DNA of 64,000 nt, taken from positions 1-64,000 of the forward strand of contig CAWEMM010000011.1 of NCBI GenBank assembly GCA_963810095.1, written 5' to 3'. Source of the DNA: an uncultured Chloroflexia bacterium. Its GTDB lineage: Bacteria > Chloroflexota > Anaerolineae > CG2-30-64-16. The notes under the pieces were generated by a model. It saw nothing but the letters and a program-made list of their open reading frames with translations. It searched no databases and was not told the origin of the DNA. Each line of letters opens with the position of its first letter. Within the stretch, counting starts at the first letter, position 1. Below are positions 61,626 to 64,000 of this stretch, piece after piece. A program made the position numbers and the translations under genes.

Positions 61626-62465
61626 ATGACGACTGTCACACGCACGGGCATCGAATGCATCGCAGCGGCCTTTGCGGCTGCGCGGGCCGAGGGCCGAGCC
61701 GCGCTCATGCCGTATTTCACGGCCGGCTTCCCCGACGAGGCCACTTCCGAGCACGTCCTGGTCGCCGTGGCCCGAGCGGGCGCGGACCTGATCGAGCTCG
61801 GCGTGCCCTTCTCCGACCCCTTGGCAGACGGGCCGGTCATCCAACACTCCACGCAGGTTGCACTGGAAAGGGGCATAACCCCCGCGAAGGCGGTCGCACT
61901 GGTGCACCGGCTGCGCGACCGGGACGTTACCCAGCCGATCCTGTTGATGGGCTATACGAATCCGATCGAAGCTTACGGCCCGGCCCGCTACGTGCGTGAA
62001 GTGGCGACGGCCGGCGGCGACGGGCTCATCGTGCCCGATCTGCCATTGGAGGAAGCGGGCGAGCTCGCAGGCTTGTGTGCCGAGGCGGGCCTGGCGCTCG
62101 TATACCTCGCCGCGCCGGCTTCGCCCCCCGAGCGCCTCGAACGGATCGCTTCGCATACCACCGGCTTTCTCTACCTTGTTTCGCTCAGCGGCGTCACGGG
62201 CGCGCGGGCGGCCTTGCCTTCCGACCTGGATCACTTTGTCGCGCGTGCCAGGGCGGTCGCTCGAACGCCGGTCGCCGTTGGTTTCGGCATCGGCACGCCT
62301 GAACAGGCCGCGGCAGTGGGCCGGCTGGCCGACGGCGTGATCGTGGGCTCGGCCCTGATCCGAGTGGCAGCCGAAGCCGCCGACCCAGTCGCGGCCGCGG
62401 GCGAGTTCGTGCTCGCGCTGAGGCGTGCGCTGCAATTACCGCGAGAAACGGCCCCGCAGGCCTAG
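61626..62465 (+). CDS. trpA: Tryptophan synthase alpha subunit
   Basis: [39 protein letters not shown]. Confidence 0.97.
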   Translation: MTTVTRTGIECIAAAFAAARAEGRAALMPYFTAGFPDEATSEHVLVAVARAGADLIELGVPFSDPLADGPVIQHSTQVALERGITPAKAVALVHRLRDRDVTQPILLMGYTNPIEAYGPARYVREVATAGGDGLIVPDLPLEEAGELAGLCAEAGLALVYLAAPASPPERLERIASHTTGFLYLVSLSGVTGARAALPSDLDHFVARARAVARTPVAVGFGIGTPEQAAAVGRLADGVIVGSALIRVAAEAADPVAAAGEFVLALRRALQLPRETAPQA

Positions 62466-62647
62466 CTGCCGGCCGCAGCCAACCGCCGGCGTTGGCCCGA
62501 GAGGGGTTCTTTGGGGCGGCACGCGGGCGGACTCCGGCGGCTGCTGACACGGGAGCGCGGCTGGCAGCGCTGGTGCGCGACTCAGGACAAGACGCTGCGT
62601 AGACGCCTGTAAGACCACACTCCTCAGTACTCAAGGGAGGAACAGCC

Positions 62648-63418
62648 ATGACCGCAGCGAGCGTGACCCCGCCTGCCTCGATCGAGCCTACCGCCGCCTT
62701 CAGCGGCTACACAGCCTGGCTAACGGTCTTCATTCGCTCTGGCCTCTTTCTGGCGTTCCAGGCGCTGATTGCGCTGGGCTACGCCCTCGCGGGCAACCCG
62801 GCGCCCTGGCTGGCGTCCGTGGCCTGGTGGCCGCTGGTTGCAGTCCTGGCAAACTCGGCCAACCTGGCGCTGTTGGTCGGCCTGCTGCGCCGGGAGGGCA
62901 GCTCGTACCGGGCCATCGTCGCGTTCGACCGGCGGCACATCGGAGGCGACCTGCTCCTGCTCCTCGCCCTGCTCGTCATCAGCGGCCCGGTTTCGATGCT
63001 GCCCAGCACTTACCTCTCGCAATGGCTGTTCGGCAGCGCAGAGGCCGCGTCTGGCCTGTACATGCAAGCCCTACCGCTTATCGCCGCATTTGCCCTGCTC
63101 ATCCTGTTCCCGCTCAGCCAGGCACTCGCCGAACTCCCGAATTACTTTGGGTACGCCATGCCACGGTTGAGACGCCAAACGGGCAGCACGTTCGTCGCGA
63201 TCGCCGTACCGGCCTTCATGCTCGCCGCACAGCACATGTTCCTGCCGTTCATCCCGAACGCCCGCTACCTGGGGCTGCGGCTCTTCATGTTTCTACCGTT
63301 CGCGATCTTGCTCGCCGTCCTGCTGCATTGGCGCCCACGCCTGCTCCCTTACCTCATGATCGTCCATTTCATTATGGATGCCGCGACCGTCTGGTTCGTG
63401 GTCGCTGCGTCCATGTGA
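62648..63418 (+). CDS. Membrane protein, possibly a divergent CPBP/Abi intramembrane protease family member
   Basis: Multiple TMs, AE...FGY..P, AAQH, HFIMD. Confidence 0.65.
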   Translation: MTAASVTPPASIEPTAAFSGYTAWLTVFIRSGLFLAFQALIALGYALAGNPAPWLASVAWWPLVAVLANSANLALLVGLLRREGSSYRAIVAFDRRHIGGDLLLLLALLVISGPVSMLPSTYLSQWLFGSAEAASGLYMQALPLIAAFALLILFPLSQALAELPNYFGYAMPRLRRQTGSTFVAIAVPAFMLAAQHMFLPFIPNARYLGLRLFMFLPFAILLAVLLHWRPRLLPYLMIVHFIMDAATVWFVVAASM

Positions 63419-63576
63419 GCGTGCTCCGGTTCGCCCCGGCCTGGTGAAGGCGCCGGCGGTGCAAGAGGTCTTCCCATAACCGGCCAGAACTCCCCGCGTC
63501 GAAAGTTCGGCGGGGGGGTTAATTGCCGTTAAGAACCAGTTCGATCGGTTCGACCCGCGACCCGTTTCGGAATGCG

Positions 63577-64000
63577 ATGAAAGACCTCCTGCTAGCCATC
63601 GATAACGGTACCCAGAGCGCCCGTGCGCTCGTGTTCGACCTGCAAGGCAACCTGCTGGCGAAAGCGCGCGTTTCCCTTACGCCGTGCGTCGCGCCCCAGC
63701 CCGGGTGGGCCGAACTTGATCCCGACGACTACTGGCGGCAAATTGGGGCCGCGTGCCAGACGCTGTGGCGCGACGCCGGCCACCTGAAGGGCCGGATCGC
63801 CGGCGTTGCCCTGACCACCCAACGATCCACTGTGGTCAACGTCGACAAGCAGTGTCGTCCGCTGCGGCCGGCGATCTCCTGGATGGATCAACGTCGGACG
63901 TACGGCCTGAAGCCGGTCCGGGGCTGGTGGGGCACGGCATTCAAGCTGGTGGGCATGAGCGGGACGGTGGCCTACCTGCAAGCCGAGGCCGAGGCCAACT
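63577..64000 (+). CDS. FGGY family carbohydrate kinase (runs off the window)
   Basis: [36 protein letters not shown]; read directly from the DNA, not in the ORF track. Confidence 0.88.
   Translation, partial: MKDLLLAIDNGTQSARALVFDLQGNLLAKARVSLTPCVAPQPGWAELDPDDYWRQIGAACQTLWRDAGHLKGRIAGVALTTQRSTVVNVDKQCRPLRPAISWMDQRRTYGLKPVRGWWGTAFKLVGMSGTVAYLQAEAEAN

Noticed and set aside
63420-63576. Possible LexA box or regulatory RNA before the FGGY kinase
   Set aside because: GAAC/GTTC spacing does not fit GAAC-N4-GTTC, and no recognisable structured RNA is present

Overview
A high-GC bacterial chromosomal window, most likely Chloroflexota (Anaerolineae/Caldilineae-like). The lineage is inferred from gene content, YLPLI-type secreted proteins, a T-box and a Firmicutes-type 6S RNA. 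Many conserved genes (aspS, lon, trpC, hslO, mscS and others) are split by single-base frameshifts, most likely uncorrected long-read indel errors. Housekeeping content includes arfB, tlyA, a UbiA-family gene, lon/Hsp20, aspS and 6S RNA. There is a cytochrome c maturation operon (ccmH, tlpA, ccmF) flanked by two zinc-ribbon membrane proteins. A nitrogen cluster holds an ACT-containing GlnE, nirK with an NnrR-type regulator and its predicted -41.5 box, carbonic anhydrase and glnA. The window also has a GAF kinase/LuxR pair, several secreted proteins, and a complete trpEGDCFBA operon under a Trp T-box riboswitch with unusual insertions. No CRISPR array, tRNA, rRNA, transposase or integrase was seen. 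The most unusual signals are non-coding: (i) a ~90-bp 9-nt-periodic hairpin element whose core is inverted between two copies that share same-orientation flanks; (ii) 8-nt-periodic hairpins placed just after stop codons inside operons; (iii) a mirror-symmetric GC-hairpin composite repeat at 40.7-41.2 kb with a relative at 50.5-50.8 kb beside an orphan putative DNA-binding gene; (iv) AGAAACCCGGTTTC palindromes also read in-frame inside proteins. A TM-Nudix-like gene and a PHP-Schlafen(AlbA_2) fusion are candidate defence or RNA-processing genes.
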